A stretch of DNA of 64,000 bases from Candidatus Latescibacterota bacterium (GTDB lineage Bacteria; Latescibacterota; UBA2968): assembly GCA_965204375.1 (NCBI GenBank), contig OZ241986.1, positions 1,408,001 to 1,472,000 of the forward strand, written 5' to 3'. Shown piece after piece: positions 19,435 to 29,905 of this stretch. Both the position numbers and the translations under genes were made by a program. The notes below the pieces were generated by a model. That model did no database searches. It was not told where the DNA came from and saw nothing but the letters and a program-made list of their open reading frames with translations. Within the stretch, counting starts at the first letter, position 1. Each line of letters opens with the position of its first letter.

Positions 19435-21240
19435 ATGGATGTATTGCTGGGTGATGTCAAATTACCGTCGCACTTAGATCGTCTGACAGATACGGCTCTG
19501 GATCTCAGGCGTGTGCAGGGTATGGTGCGCGTTGGTCCCGATGTGTTATTTGTGATATTGAGCGGTTCTTTGTTCAAGTTGACGGCAGAGAGAGGGGTGC
19601 TTGAACCGGTGTTTGATTCTGTAGGGCGAATTTGGCCGGCCGATGAAAATTGTGCGCTGGTCGAATCGGAAGGCGCGCTATGGCGGGTTGATCTGGATGG
19701 TACAAAGGGGCGGTTGCTCACGATTCCCAAAGGGACGATTTCGTATGATGTCAAATGGGGAATACGGGGTTTGGTTGTGGGTGCTCTTGTGGATCGCCGC
19801 GAGCCTGTGGATCCCAAAGCACCTTATTTTTACCCTGCGTCGAGAGAAAAGGTCACGCTGTGTCGATATGCTTCAATCGAGGGGTGGCACGATCTTGCCG
19901 ATGTGCCAGAAGGATGCGGGAACCTGAGCATGTGTCGGTATGGTCGTCGAATCGCGTGGCGAGAATCTCTTAATGTGATTCCAGAAGAAGCGCAGCGAGG
20001 GGAGTTTTACGGCTTTGATTTGAATACAAATGAGGTGCGAAAGTTGACCGAGGGTGCGGGCAAAGTCGGTCGTGTGGTGATGGCTTCGGATGGCTCTGCA
20101 TTGCTTTACGAAGCCAATCACGAGGCGGAGTATCCCATTACGACACATACGGATTTGTGGTGGTTGTCATGGGATGGCAGCGAACGGGTGAATCTCACAG
20201 AGGGCGGGCGCTGTATTGCGCGTTTTGGCTGGGGACCGAGCGAAAAAACCGTCTGGGTGTCGTTTGTGGAGGGTTTGGAAACGCAGACGGAAGTCCTGGC
20301 TCTGGATGGGACGCCAGAGGGAACATTTGGCGATCTGGACGCGGTATCAGATATTGTGTGGATGCCCGATGGTCTGGCTATTTTTGAAACCGAAGATGCG
20401 GAACGGTTTCCCGCAATTTGGACGGGAACGCGCCGGGTGCCCTTGCCCCAGCCAGAGAATTACGAGGATTTGCGCGTTTTAGAAATGGAATGGGAAGCTC
20501 CCGATGGCATGGAGATCGAAGGGGTGCTCTACGAAGCGGATCGCCTTAGAGGCTCTACACCGTTGCTGGTTTCAGCGCACGGCGGACCTGCTGCGCCTGT
20601 GGAGAATTTACGCAGTGAGGCGGTCCGGTATCGCCATTTACTGAGGGCGGGTTACCGGGTTTTTCGTCCGGCATTTCGGGGGTCTCTGGGTTTTGGAGAC
20701 GATTTCGCACGGAGCAATATCGGATGTCAGGGGCGGGCTGATCTCGAGGATATTATTTCGGGTGTTGATTTTTTGGTTGAAGAGGGTCTTGCATTAAAAA
20801 ATCGGGTGGGTATTTTTGGGGCATCTTACGGGGGGTATATGACTCTGCGGGCATTGGCTGTGACGGATCGATTTCTGGCTGGCGTTGCGCTTTTCGGTTT
20901 TATCGACAATCGGCGGATGACCCTGGAGACTGGCGATTTTACGTATGAGACAGAGTATTTGGAACCGTTATCGTGGCCGATTACAGAGCGTACGCGTGGA
21001 GGCGATGTGTTTCCCAATTTAGGCGCAATTCGCACACCGCTTCTGTTGTTGCACGGCGATCAGGACCCGATTTGTCCGCTGTCGGAATCCAAAGTCACCT
21101 GTCGCGCGCTGGAGTCACTGGGGGTGCCGGTGGGGTTGGTGGTGTATCCGGGCGAGGGACACGGGTTTCGGAAAGAGAAAAACCGCCGCGATAGTGCGCG
21201 GCGAACCCTGGCATGGTTTTTGAACTATTTGCCGCCCTGA
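19435..21240 (+). CDS. S9 family (prolyl oligopeptidase/acylaminoacyl) peptidase
   Basis: Propeller-like N-part, HGGP, GASYGG, HGDQD, GEGHG. Confidence 0.88.
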   Translation: MDVLLGDVKLPSHLDRLTDTALDLRRVQGMVRVGPDVLFVILSGSLFKLTAERGVLEPVFDSVGRIWPADENCALVESEGALWRVDLDGTKGRLLTIPKGTISYDVKWGIRGLVVGALVDRREPVDPKAPYFYPASREKVTLCRYASIEGWHDLADVPEGCGNLSMCRYGRRIAWRESLNVIPEEAQRGEFYGFDLNTNEVRKLTEGAGKVGRVVMASDGSALLYEANHEAEYPITTHTDLWWLSWDGSERVNLTEGGRCIARFGWGPSEKTVWVSFVEGLETQTEVLALDGTPEGTFGDLDAVSDIVWMPDGLAIFETEDAERFPAIWTGTRRVPLPQPENYEDLRVLEMEWEAPDGMEIEGVLYEADRLRGSTPLLVSAHGGPAAPVENLRSEAVRYRHLLRAGYRVFRPAFRGSLGFGDDFARSNIGCQGRADLEDIISGVDFLVEEGLALKNRVGIFGASYGGYMTLRALAVTDRFLAGVALFGFIDNRRMTLETGDFTYETEYLEPLSWPITERTRGGDVFPNLGAIRTPLLLLHGDQDPICPLSESKVTCRALESLGVPVGLVVYPGEGHGFRKEKNRRDSARRTLAWFLNYLPP

Positions 21241-22424
21241 GGGTAATGATCGTAGTCCGCCATGTCATAACGCTGCGTTGAGATTGCCCAGTTGACGCCG
21301 AGTTCGGAGAAGATTTTGCCCGTGCGAAAGCTGCGGTCTAACAAGTCATCCAGTCCCTTGATGATGTGGAAGATTACGCCGTCGCGTTTTACATCGCTGT
21401 GATCGACTGTGACGATATTGGGACAGCTTTCGTGTGCGCCATTGACGCACAGGGTTTGTGCGCGTGCGACTTCTGGCGGGCACAGGGGCGTGGCGTTGTT
21501 TTGCAGTACGTCGATGGCGTTGTGAAACGGGCCGTGATGGTCGCGCAAGTCGCGTTCATCAAAGGTTTCTGTGCTGCTGTCGTTGTAGCGAATGATTGAA
21601 CTCGGACGGCTCCATTCGACTGTTCCATGCTCGCATTGGAGTTGCATGAGGGGGTTGAAATTTTCGCGGGTGGAATGGGAGAGGCCGATGAGGACGTCAA
21701 CGCCATTTGCGACAATGCGGAGTACGGCTGTGTCGAGTGTCTGGATATCGCGTGCCCGATAGAGTTCGGCCTGTACGGTTTCGGGCATGGCCGATTCATG
21801 ATGGGTTGCGCCGCAGAGGTACATGGCATTGTTGAGGTCGTGTGCCATGGCGTTGTTGATCGGGCTGTCGAGAACATAGGTGCCGTCGTCGAGTGTGAGT
21901 CGTCCAGCCCAGGTATTGCGGCTATAATACAGGTTGTTGCGAGGCCATCCGCCTTTGATGCGAATCGCGTGCAACTTGCCCAGCCGACCATCCAATAAGC
22001 GGGTTTTGATGGTCTGGATGCTGGGTGCGTAGATTGATTGATATCCGATGAGCGCGATTTTACCCGTTTTGTTTTTTATCTTTATTAAATGATTGGCGTC
22101 CTGTACCGTAGCTGATAGTGGTTTTTCACAGATAACATTGAATCCCGCTTCGAGTGCTGCGACGGAATAGGGGACGTGATAATGAATGCCAATGGGTAAG
22201 GTAACGTAATCTACGCCTCCTGCACTGAGCAGATCGTCATAAGTATCGTAAACGCGAACATTGCGGGTTTTAAATTCGGCGAGTTTTTCGGGATGGTTTT
22301 CCGGGTCAATGACAACGGCGGCATCGAGGCGTGCGCGTCCTTTTTGTTCGAGTGCTTCGACAGAGCGTACGTGTGTTTGCCCAAAACCGCCAATGCCAAC
22401 AATGCCAAATTTTACAGGGTTCAT
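21225..22424 (-). CDS. Gfo/Idh/MocA family oxidoreductase
   Basis: GIVGIGGFG, CEKP, YYSRNTWAG, DSPINNAMAH. Confidence 0.9.
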   Translation of the reverse strand: MNPVKFGIVGIGGFGQTHVRSVEALEQKGRARLDAAVVIDPENHPEKLAEFKTRNVRVYDTYDDLLSAGGVDYVTLPIGIHYHVPYSVAALEAGFNVICEKPLSATVQDANHLIKIKNKTGKIALIGYQSIYAPSIQTIKTRLLDGRLGKLHAIRIKGGWPRNNLYYSRNTWAGRLTLDDGTYVLDSPINNAMAHDLNNAMYLCGATHHESAMPETVQAELYRARDIQTLDTAVLRIVANGVDVLIGLSHSTRENFNPLMQLQCEHGTVEWSRPSSIIRYNDSSTETFDERDLRDHHGPFHNAIDVLQNNATPLCPPEVARAQTLCVNGAHESCPNIVTVDHSDVKRDGVIFHIIKGLDDLLDRSFRTGKIFSELGVNWAISTQRYDMADYDHYPQGGK

Positions 22425-22507
22425 AAATTGCTCCTTTGTGAGAGAGTAAAAAAAGCAAAAGCTATTGTACGAGCAACTGAAATTAGTGGAACAAATTGCA
22501 GGGGGAC

Positions 22508-23494
22508 ATGATGAAAGACATTTTATCTGTCGGGCTGATTGGTGCAGGTTCAAATGCGGGGGGACATGCGCGCGGTATTGAGGCCAATGAGAATATCCGT
22601 CTGGCAGCGGTTATGGATATTGACCTCAGTCGGGCAGAGGCTCTTGCCGATGAGCACAACGCCCGCGCTTATGGGGTGTTGGATGATTTATTGAATGATC
22701 CCGAAGTGGATGCCGTGCATGTGTGTTCGATTCACAAAGTACACGCCGAGCAGGTGGTTGCCGCGGCGCGTGCGGGAAAACATGTACTGGTTGAAAAGCC
22801 AATGGCACTGTCCGTGGCCGAATGTGATCGCATGATTGCTGCGTGTGAAGATGCCGGTGTGGTGCTGATGGTCGGGCAGGTGATGCGGCACTTTCCAGTG
22901 AATTTGAGGGTGAAGGCGCTGATTCAGGAGGGCGCGATTGGCGAGGTGGGGCACATGATCCGCAGGCGATACGGCAATTTTGATCCGCCGGACCGGTCAT
23001 GGTATCTCGATTTGGAATTGGGCGGTGTTTGCGTTTTGTATTGTTTTGGTCCGCACGAGTACGATATTTTACCCTGGTATATTGATTCTCCCGTGGTTAA
23101 GGTATATTCGCAGGGCAGTGAAAGCGCGGAGCGATACGCAGGGCAAAAGGATTCGTATTCGACGATTATGAATCACAAAGATGGCACAGTGAGTGTGCTG
23201 ACGCAAACTGTGGTGACGCATACCAGCGCACACGATACGTATATTATGGGTAGCGAGGGATCCATCTGGATGACCAATCAAAAATTGATGGTCAATGGCG
23301 AAGAAGTGCCCATAGATGAGACCACGCGGGTGGGAATGCCCAATCAGATTGGCGAATTTGTAGATTGTTGCCTCAATGGAAAAGTGCCCGATGCCAATGG
23401 CAGGTCTGTGCGTCATACGATGGCTGTGATTGAGGCGGCAAAGCACAGTGCTGAGAGTGGTGAATCGGTGATGGTAAATGGAGAAAATACATGA
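22508..23494 (+). CDS. Gfo/Idh/MocA family oxidoreductase
   Basis: GLIGAG, GKHVLVEKPMA. Confidence 0.9.
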   Translation: MMKDILSVGLIGAGSNAGGHARGIEANENIRLAAVMDIDLSRAEALADEHNARAYGVLDDLLNDPEVDAVHVCSIHKVHAEQVVAAARAGKHVLVEKPMALSVAECDRMIAACEDAGVVLMVGQVMRHFPVNLRVKALIQEGAIGEVGHMIRRRYGNFDPPDRSWYLDLELGGVCVLYCFGPHEYDILPWYIDSPVVKVYSQGSESAERYAGQKDSYSTIMNHKDGTVSVLTQTVVTHTSAHDTYIMGSEGSIWMTNQKLMVNGEEVPIDETTRVGMPNQIGEFVDCCLNGKVPDANGRSVRHTMAVIEAAKHSAESGESVMVNGENT

Positions 23495-24960
23495 ACCAAC
23501 CCAATGTGATTATTATCATGAGCGATCAGATGAAGGCAACGGCGAGCCATTTGTACGGTAGTGCGTTTTGCCAGACGCCATCTTTAGAGCGGATGGCGAA
23601 TGAGGGTGTGTTGTTCAAACACGCTGTTACGCCGCATCCGCTGTGTGTGCCGTGTCGCATTTCGTTTTGGACCTCTCAGTTTCCGCATTCACACGGTGGG
23701 CGGCGAAACCAGACGCTGATGCCGGGGGATGCCACGCATGCATTTAAGCTGTGGAAAGCAGCGGGATATCGGTGCGGGCTGATTGGCAAGAATCACTGTT
23801 TTGAGGAACAAAGCGATCTCGATTTGTTCGATGTGTGGTGTGAGATTGGACATGGGGGATTGCCCAGAGATGCCGCGACAAAGGGGATGGATTGGTTTCG
23901 TCCAATTGAGTCGATTAATGCCGCGCATGTGGTTCGCAGAAACCTGCCCGATATTAGCCCGCAGTTTTCTTACGGGACCAGTGATTTTCCGCTGGAGGAT
24001 TATTCGACCGGGCTGGTGGCGGGGCAGACTGTGCAGTTTTTGGAGCAATTTGGCAATGATCCGTTCGCGCTGTGGGTTTCCATTCCCGATCCCCATACGC
24101 CGTATGAATGCCCCGAGCGGTATGCGATTGCACCCGATGATGTGGTGATGCCGCCCTGGCGAGCGGATGAGTATAGCGATGGTACAGCGCCCGAACGCAA
24201 CCGGGTATTGCATGCGATGATTGGGGTGGAGGGTGATCCGATTGAACACGTAAAGGGATGCGTGGGGGTATATCATGGGATGGTGCGTTTTTTGGACGAT
24301 GGCGTGGGGCAGATTTTGGATGCGCTGGATCGGCTCAATTTGCGCGAGAATACGGTTGTGGTTTTTTGTGCAGATCACGGTGATTTTTCGGGCGAACACG
24401 CGCAGATCGCCAAGGGGGGCGCGTTTTACGATTGTCTGACGCGCGTGCCGCTTATCGTGTCGTGGCCGGGGCAGGTTCCGCAAGGCGTGGTGGATGAGAG
24501 TTGTGTCAATTTGATCGATATCGTGCCGACGGTTTTGCAATTGCAGGGACTTGATGTGCCGCGTTCTATGCACGGGGAGGGGTTGCCCATGGTTACGGAT
24601 ACCGCACCGAGAGATGCGGCTTTTTCAGAATACGGCGCAGGCGGACCGGCATTTACTATGGCGGATTTGAAACAGCTTGAGAAGCCCTGGGGGCGTCGGG
24701 CTATTGGACGGTCTTTGCAATGGCGCGAGGCCGAAGGGCGCCGCAAGATGGTGCGTACAGCCGAATGGAAGTACGTGCATGATCCTATGGGAGATCGGGA
24801 TGAGTTGTACGATCTGGTGAACGATCCGTGGGAATTGTACAATGTGGTGGATAATGCCGATTACCGCGATGTCATCGCAGATTTGCAACTAAAATTGGCG
24901 GATTGGAGTATTCGCACAGAGGATGCGAGACCCGTTCCAATGCCGGCGCAAGGGATATAA
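23491..24960 (+). CDS. Sulfatase (Cys-type)
   Basis: PNVIIIMSDQ, CVPCR, GKNH, PHTP, ADHG. Confidence 0.92.
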   Translation: MNQPNVIIIMSDQMKATASHLYGSAFCQTPSLERMANEGVLFKHAVTPHPLCVPCRISFWTSQFPHSHGGRRNQTLMPGDATHAFKLWKAAGYRCGLIGKNHCFEEQSDLDLFDVWCEIGHGGLPRDAATKGMDWFRPIESINAAHVVRRNLPDISPQFSYGTSDFPLEDYSTGLVAGQTVQFLEQFGNDPFALWVSIPDPHTPYECPERYAIAPDDVVMPPWRADEYSDGTAPERNRVLHAMIGVEGDPIEHVKGCVGVYHGMVRFLDDGVGQILDALDRLNLRENTVVVFCADHGDFSGEHAQIAKGGAFYDCLTRVPLIVSWPGQVPQGVVDESCVNLIDIVPTVLQLQGLDVPRSMHGEGLPMVTDTAPRDAAFSEYGAGGPAFTMADLKQLEKPWGRRAIGRSLQWREAEGRRKMVRTAEWKYVHDPMGDRDELYDLVNDPWELYNVVDNADYRDVIADLQLKLADWSIRTEDARPVPMPAQGI

Positions 24961-24962
24961 CT

Positions 24963-25913
24963 ATGAACCAACCACATCCGGAAATTCAGAAATTCGTACA
25001 GACATTTGAAAACGCGATGCAAGGGGATGGTCTGACGGATCTGCACAGCGAGGGGGTGGCGGCTGCAAGGGCTTTTAACGATTCGCGCAAAATGCCAGAT
25101 GATATGCTGCCGCCTATTTATCATGTGGCAGATAGCGCGATATCGAGGGAAACCGGGGAGATCCCCATTCGCATTTATCGCCCCAATGAGGATCGAGGGT
25201 TGCCGCTTCTCCTGTGGTTTCACGGCGGGGGATGGGTGCTGGGCGATCTGGATACTGGAGAGTTTAAATGCAGAAAACTCGCGCAGGATGTGGGGTGTGT
25301 AGTCGTTTCGGTCGATTATCGCCGCGCGCCAGAAACACCTTTTCCCGGTGCGATTGACGATTGTTTTGCCGCCACATTATGGGCGGCGTCTTCAGCAGAT
25401 GAATTGGGGATTGATCCTTCCCACATTGCCGTGGCTGGCGATAGTGCCGGAGGCAATCTGGCCGCCTGTGTCGCTCTTCGCGCCCGAGATACAGATCTAA
25501 ATCTCGTTTTTCAATTGCTCGTCTATCCCGTTATTGAGGCAAATTTTGATCGTGCCTCTTATTCTGAAAATGCCGAAGGGTATTTGCTCACGGCCAGTGC
25601 GATGAAGTGGTTCTGGGATTGTTATGTTCCCAATATCGCAGACCGCAAACAACCCGATGTCGCGCCCATTTGCGCTTCTGATCTGTCTGGTCTGCCGCCC
25701 GCGCTGGTTATGACCGCTGAATTTGATCCCCTCCGCGATGAGGCTGAAGATTATGGCCATGCCTTAAAAGCCGCAGGTGTTGACACTGTTACACGGCGTT
25801 ATATTGGCATGACGCATGCGTTTTATATGTTGCCAACTGAAACCCCGGTTGCTGAAATTGACGCGGCGACCAATGAATCTACTGAGGCATTGCGCTGGGC
25901 TTTTAATAAGTAG
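24963..25913 (+). CDS. Hormone-sensitive-lipase family esterase
   Basis: HGGGW, VDYRRAPE, GDSAGG, DPLRD, HAF. Confidence 0.92.
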   Translation: MNQPHPEIQKFVQTFENAMQGDGLTDLHSEGVAAARAFNDSRKMPDDMLPPIYHVADSAISRETGEIPIRIYRPNEDRGLPLLLWFHGGGWVLGDLDTGEFKCRKLAQDVGCVVVSVDYRRAPETPFPGAIDDCFAATLWAASSADELGIDPSHIAVAGDSAGGNLAACVALRARDTDLNLVFQLLVYPVIEANFDRASYSENAEGYLLTASAMKWFWDCYVPNIADRKQPDVAPICASDLSGLPPALVMTAEFDPLRDEAEDYGHALKAAGVDTVTRRYIGMTHAFYMLPTETPVAEIDAATNESTEALRWAFNK

Positions 25914-25954
25914 TCAATTTCCTCACGCGACTGATCAACAATAGGAGACCATAT

Positions 25955-27019
25955 ATGTCGTCGTTAAAAGAACAATACGTAGAAGAGGGATACCTTGTTG
26001 TCAAAGATGTGCTCAATCCAGAGCAGGACATTTATCCCTTGCAAAAAGCCTATTCTACGCTCTTGGATGCGCTGGCGCGGATTTATCTGGTTGAGACTAA
26101 TTCTGAAGCACTGGATAGATTTGATGAGATGTCTTTGCCCGAGCGGTTTGCAATGTCGCTCGGTGCCAGTCGGGGAACGGTTTTGCACCATCTCGATCCC
26201 GTGCTGAATATCTTTGTTCCGACTTTTCAGTGGCGCAAAGACCTGCCCGATGCGCGGATTCCCGAAATGTTTGATCTTATGCGCCATCCAAAAGTCTTAG
26301 ATGTTTTGGAAGTTCTTATCGGGCCGGAGATAGCTGCGTCGCCGATTTACCATTTTAATCTCAAACTCGCTCCCGATCATCTCAAGCTGGCAGACCAGGT
26401 GGCCGAGTCTGTGGGGGCAGATCTTTCAAAGGAAGGATTTTATACATTTCAGGTGGGCAAAACAGGATGGCACATGGATGCAGGTTCGGGCCTGAGAGAT
26501 TCTCATGAGAGCGAGATTGTCAATGCGTGGATTCCAATGACCCATGCGACCGAAGAAAATGGCTGTTTGGTGGTCATTCCCGGCAGTCACAAAGAAGGCG
26601 TTAAATACCATCCCTATCCGGAAAACCTCGATGGGCAGGGAATTACTCTGCCTGTTGATCCTGGAGATATTGTTTTTTTAGATAATAAAGTGATGCACAG
26701 CTCTACGCCCAACACGAGTCGTGAAGATTATCGCTGGGCTTATAATTTCCGTTATCTTCCTATTGGACAGCCCCCTGGTCGTCCCTTTATACCGGGTTTT
26801 GTTGCGCGCAGCCGCTCGGCTCCAGAAACAGAACTACACAATGCCTACGTATGGAGCGCAATGTGGGTTCGCTGTCTGGATTATCTCACGGAGAAGGGCG
26901 TGCCCGCATCTTATGAAGACAGGAGCAAAATGGGCCTTGAAGAAGCGCAGGCGATTACCAGCCACTGGCGCGAACTCGCCCCCGATGTGGATGGCTGGTT
27001 GGGCCTGGGAAAGGATTGA
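25955..27019 (+). CDS. Phytanoyl-CoA dioxygenase (PhyH) family 2-oxoglutarate/Fe(II) oxygenase
   Basis: EEGYLVV, WHMD, AWIP, NGCLVVIPGSH, HSSTPN...R. Confidence 0.88.
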   Translation: MSSLKEQYVEEGYLVVKDVLNPEQDIYPLQKAYSTLLDALARIYLVETNSEALDRFDEMSLPERFAMSLGASRGTVLHHLDPVLNIFVPTFQWRKDLPDARIPEMFDLMRHPKVLDVLEVLIGPEIAASPIYHFNLKLAPDHLKLADQVAESVGADLSKEGFYTFQVGKTGWHMDAGSGLRDSHESEIVNAWIPMTHATEENGCLVVIPGSHKEGVKYHPYPENLDGQGITLPVDPGDIVFLDNKVMHSSTPNTSREDYRWAYNFRYLPIGQPPGRPFIPGFVARSRSAPETELHNAYVWSAMWVRCLDYLTEKGVPASYEDRSKMGLEEAQAITSHWRELAPDVDGWLGLGKD

Positions 27020-27020
27020 T

Positions 27021-27980
27021 ATGGAGAAGGTAAAAATAGGTATTATCGGTCTCGGTCCTTTTTGTTCGGGCTATCATGTCCCGAATTTGCTCAAGAGGTC
27101 GGATGTGGAGGTTACGGCGATTTGCGATGTTTCCGAAGAAAGTCTGGATAATCGCAATGAGGGGCTGCGTGAGAGTCAGACATTTACCGATTATCGCGAT
27201 ATGCTCGATCCGGATTTGGTCGATGGCGTTTTTGTGAGCACGCCCAATCAGATACATTTTGAGCCTTGTAAGTTGGCGCTTGAGCGGGGGATTCCGGCGA
27301 TTGTCGATAAACCGATTACGGTGGCTGTGGAGGATGCCGAGGAACTCGTCGCGTTGAGCAAGTCGCAAAATTGTATTTTGATGACGGCGTTTACACGTCA
27401 TTTTATGTCCAGCACGGAGTACGTGCGCAGGCAAATCGCGTCGGGGGCTATCACCCCGCAAATGCTCACGGCTGTCCAGCGGAAGAGTCCCGTCAAGCGC
27501 GGTATAGAAGACGGGGGCATGTTGCACCGGCGCACGATTCACATTACAGATGTTTTGCCGTGGATCACGGGCAAGCGCGTGGTCAGGGTGGAGGGCAAAA
27601 TTCAATACGAGACCGGGCACATAGAGGAAACGCTGGTGGATATGCGTCTCGAATTTGAAGGGGGATTGCGTGCCAGTTTGCTCTGTATAAAGAGTTGCGA
27701 CGAGAATCAGGATGAGGTCAACATATATACTGACAAACAGAGTTATCGCCTGGAACGCGAACGCCTCTATACGATTACGCGCAGAGATGGATGGGCGCGC
27801 GTGGATAACCTGCCCGAATATGGCAATTCGAGCGATCACTTTGTCGAGGCGATTAAAGGCAATCAGCCCGCCCCCAATGCCCCTTACGCCGATCCGCACA
27901 GCGAAGACGGCCTCCAGGCACTGCGCGTTGTCTTTGCTATGCACAAAGCCGCACAAACAGGGCGTGTGGTGGACGTTTAA
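27021..27980 (+). CDS. Gfo/Idh/MocA family oxidoreductase
   Basis: IGIIGLG, STPNQIH, DKP; start reassigned to ATG 27021. Confidence 0.88.
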   Translation: MEKVKIGIIGLGPFCSGYHVPNLLKRSDVEVTAICDVSEESLDNRNEGLRESQTFTDYRDMLDPDLVDGVFVSTPNQIHFEPCKLALERGIPAIVDKPITVAVEDAEELVALSKSQNCILMTAFTRHFMSSTEYVRRQIASGAITPQMLTAVQRKSPVKRGIEDGGMLHRRTIHITDVLPWITGKRVVRVEGKIQYETGHIEETLVDMRLEFEGGLRASLLCIKSCDENQDEVNIYTDKQSYRLERERLYTITRRDGWARVDNLPEYGNSSDHFVEAIKGNQPAPNAPYADPHSEDGLQALRVVFAMHKAAQTGRVVDV

Positions 27981-28009
27981 ATCGATTACATCTACAATAG
28001 GAAACAAAA

Positions 28010-29506
28010 ATGCCTTCTCAACCAAATATCGTTTTTATTCACGCCGAGAGCATGGATGGGCGCAAGATGGGCTGTATGGGCCATCCCGCCATGCAAAACG
28101 CTACGCCCAATATGGATCGTCTCGCCAGTGATGGGGTGCTGTTTACCAATGCGTACACCAATTGTCCGGTGTGCAACCCGTCGCGGGCGAGTATGTGGAG
28201 TGGAAAATATCCCAATTATTACGATTGCTGGAATAATCATGAAGGACTGCACGAGAATGTGCCCACGTATCAAAACACATTTGAGAGCGCGGGCTATCAG
28301 ACCTCTGCCATCGGTCCTATAGACTACGCCTACGGCAAACACTCCATCCGAGATCGCATCGGCTCCTGGACGCGCGCGGCCAATATTCGCCGTCCTATAT
28401 GTCGCACGACCTTGCCGCAAGTTGTAGATGATGGCAAGGCGAATGGGCGCGATTGGGATAGGACGTATCAGGCTGTTGATCAGTTACAGCAATACGCGAG
28501 GAGTGACCGGCCGTTTTGGCTTTATCTCACTACGGGATTGGTGCACCCTGCGTTCACTGCCGAGAAACGCCACATGCCGCTGATCAATGCGGACAAAGTC
28601 GATATTCCACCGACTCTGATGCCGCTTGAAGCCACGCACAATCAGGCGATTGCGTATCAGCGCGTGACCAAAAATTGCGATAAACAGTTCTCCGAGAACA
28701 TCGTTCGAGAGATTCGGCACACTTACTTTGCGATGATCGCAGCACTCGATGAGATGGTCGGTCGGGTGCTTCAGACCGTCGATGATCTGGGGTTGCGCGA
28801 TAATACGTATGTCATTTTTTCAAGCGATCACGGCGAAATGGCTGGCGATCAAAACCAGATTCTCAAGCGTTCTATGTACGAGGCGTCATCCCACGTTCCT
28901 CTCATTATTCGTGGTCCCGATGTGCAAAAAGGCGTTGTCGTCGATACGCCCGTTTCTCTCGTGGATCTATATCCCACATTTATGGATATGGCCCGTATTT
29001 GCTATGATGATTATGCGGATAATGCAGCGTATCCCGATGCGTTGGACGGCGAATCTCTATTTCCTCAACTCGTTGAGGGGGCAGAGCGCGAACGCGATTG
29101 GGCGATGTGCGAATACCACGGCGATCGCTGTGCTACTGGCACGTTTATGTTGCGCCAGGGCGACTGGAAATACGTCAAGCACACGGGTTTTGAGTCCGAG
29201 CTCTTCAATCTCAAAGATGACCCCGACGAAACGACTGATCTGGTCCATGACAAACCGGAGACCGCCCGCGAATTGGATGGCGTGTTGACCAGCAACTTCG
29301 ACTGCGAAAGCATTGATGCACGGGCCAAAGAATACGACCGCAAAAGCTTTGTCGCATGGCGCGAGCAGGCGCGAAAGGATGGTATCTATGAGGATACAAT
29401 GGCACTTGTCTATAGCGGTCATGATCGCATTTGTATTGAAGACATTGCGCCCTGGACAGACGCGGATGAACAGCGAATTGAAGCATGGCTGGAGGGTAGT
29501 AGTTAA
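28010..29506 (+). CDS. Sulfatase (choline-sulfatase/arylsulfatase K-like)
   Basis: TPNMD, CNPSRASMWSG, SSDHGE, SMYEASSHVPL. Confidence 0.9.
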   Translation: MPSQPNIVFIHAESMDGRKMGCMGHPAMQNATPNMDRLASDGVLFTNAYTNCPVCNPSRASMWSGKYPNYYDCWNNHEGLHENVPTYQNTFESAGYQTSAIGPIDYAYGKHSIRDRIGSWTRAANIRRPICRTTLPQVVDDGKANGRDWDRTYQAVDQLQQYARSDRPFWLYLTTGLVHPAFTAEKRHMPLINADKVDIPPTLMPLEATHNQAIAYQRVTKNCDKQFSENIVREIRHTYFAMIAALDEMVGRVLQTVDDLGLRDNTYVIFSSDHGEMAGDQNQILKRSMYEASSHVPLIIRGPDVQKGVVVDTPVSLVDLYPTFMDMARICYDDYADNAAYPDALDGESLFPQLVEGAERERDWAMCEYHGDRCATGTFMLRQGDWKYVKHTGFESELFNLKDDPDETTDLVHDKPETARELDGVLTSNFDCESIDARAKEYDRKSFVAWREQARKDGIYEDTMALVYSGHDRICIEDIAPWTDADEQRIEAWLEGSS

Positions 29507-29530
29507 TTTTTTTCAATTTACTTAATAAAC

Positions 29531-29890
29531 ATGCCTACTGCACTTCTCATTGTCGATCACGGTTCCAGGCGCGAAGAAGCCAATCAGATGCTTCAGGGCG
29601 TTGCCGATATTTTGCGTCAAGAACGCCCCGAGATCATTGTCCAGGTCGCGCATATGGAACTGGCCGAACCCACTATTAGACAGGGTATTGATGCGTGTGT
29701 GCGCGAGGGAGCGAGTGAGATCGTTGTTCATCCCTACATGTTGTCTCCCGGACGCCATGCCACGGAGGATATTCCGCGTATGGCAACAGAAGCGGGGGCG
29801 GCATATCCAGATGTACATATCCGCGTTACCGAACCTCTTGGCCTACACGAAAAACTCTGCGAGGTTATTCTCCAACGCGCCGGGTTGTGA
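29531..29890 (+). CDS. Short CbiX/SirB chelatase-family protein
   Basis: VDHGSR, HMELAEP, PGRHATEDIP, EPLG. Confidence 0.88.
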   Translation: MPTALLIVDHGSRREEANQMLQGVADILRQERPEIIVQVAHMELAEPTIRQGIDACVREGASEIVVHPYMLSPGRHATEDIPRMATEAGAAYPDVHIRVTEPLGLHEKLCEVILQRAGL

Positions 29891-29905
29891 GGGGAAGACG
29901 ATTCT

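Noticed and set aside
29531-29890. CbiX as evidence of a cobalamin biosynthesis cluster
   Set aside because: Single short chelatase-like gene; no other cob/cbi genes or cobalamin riboswitch seen.
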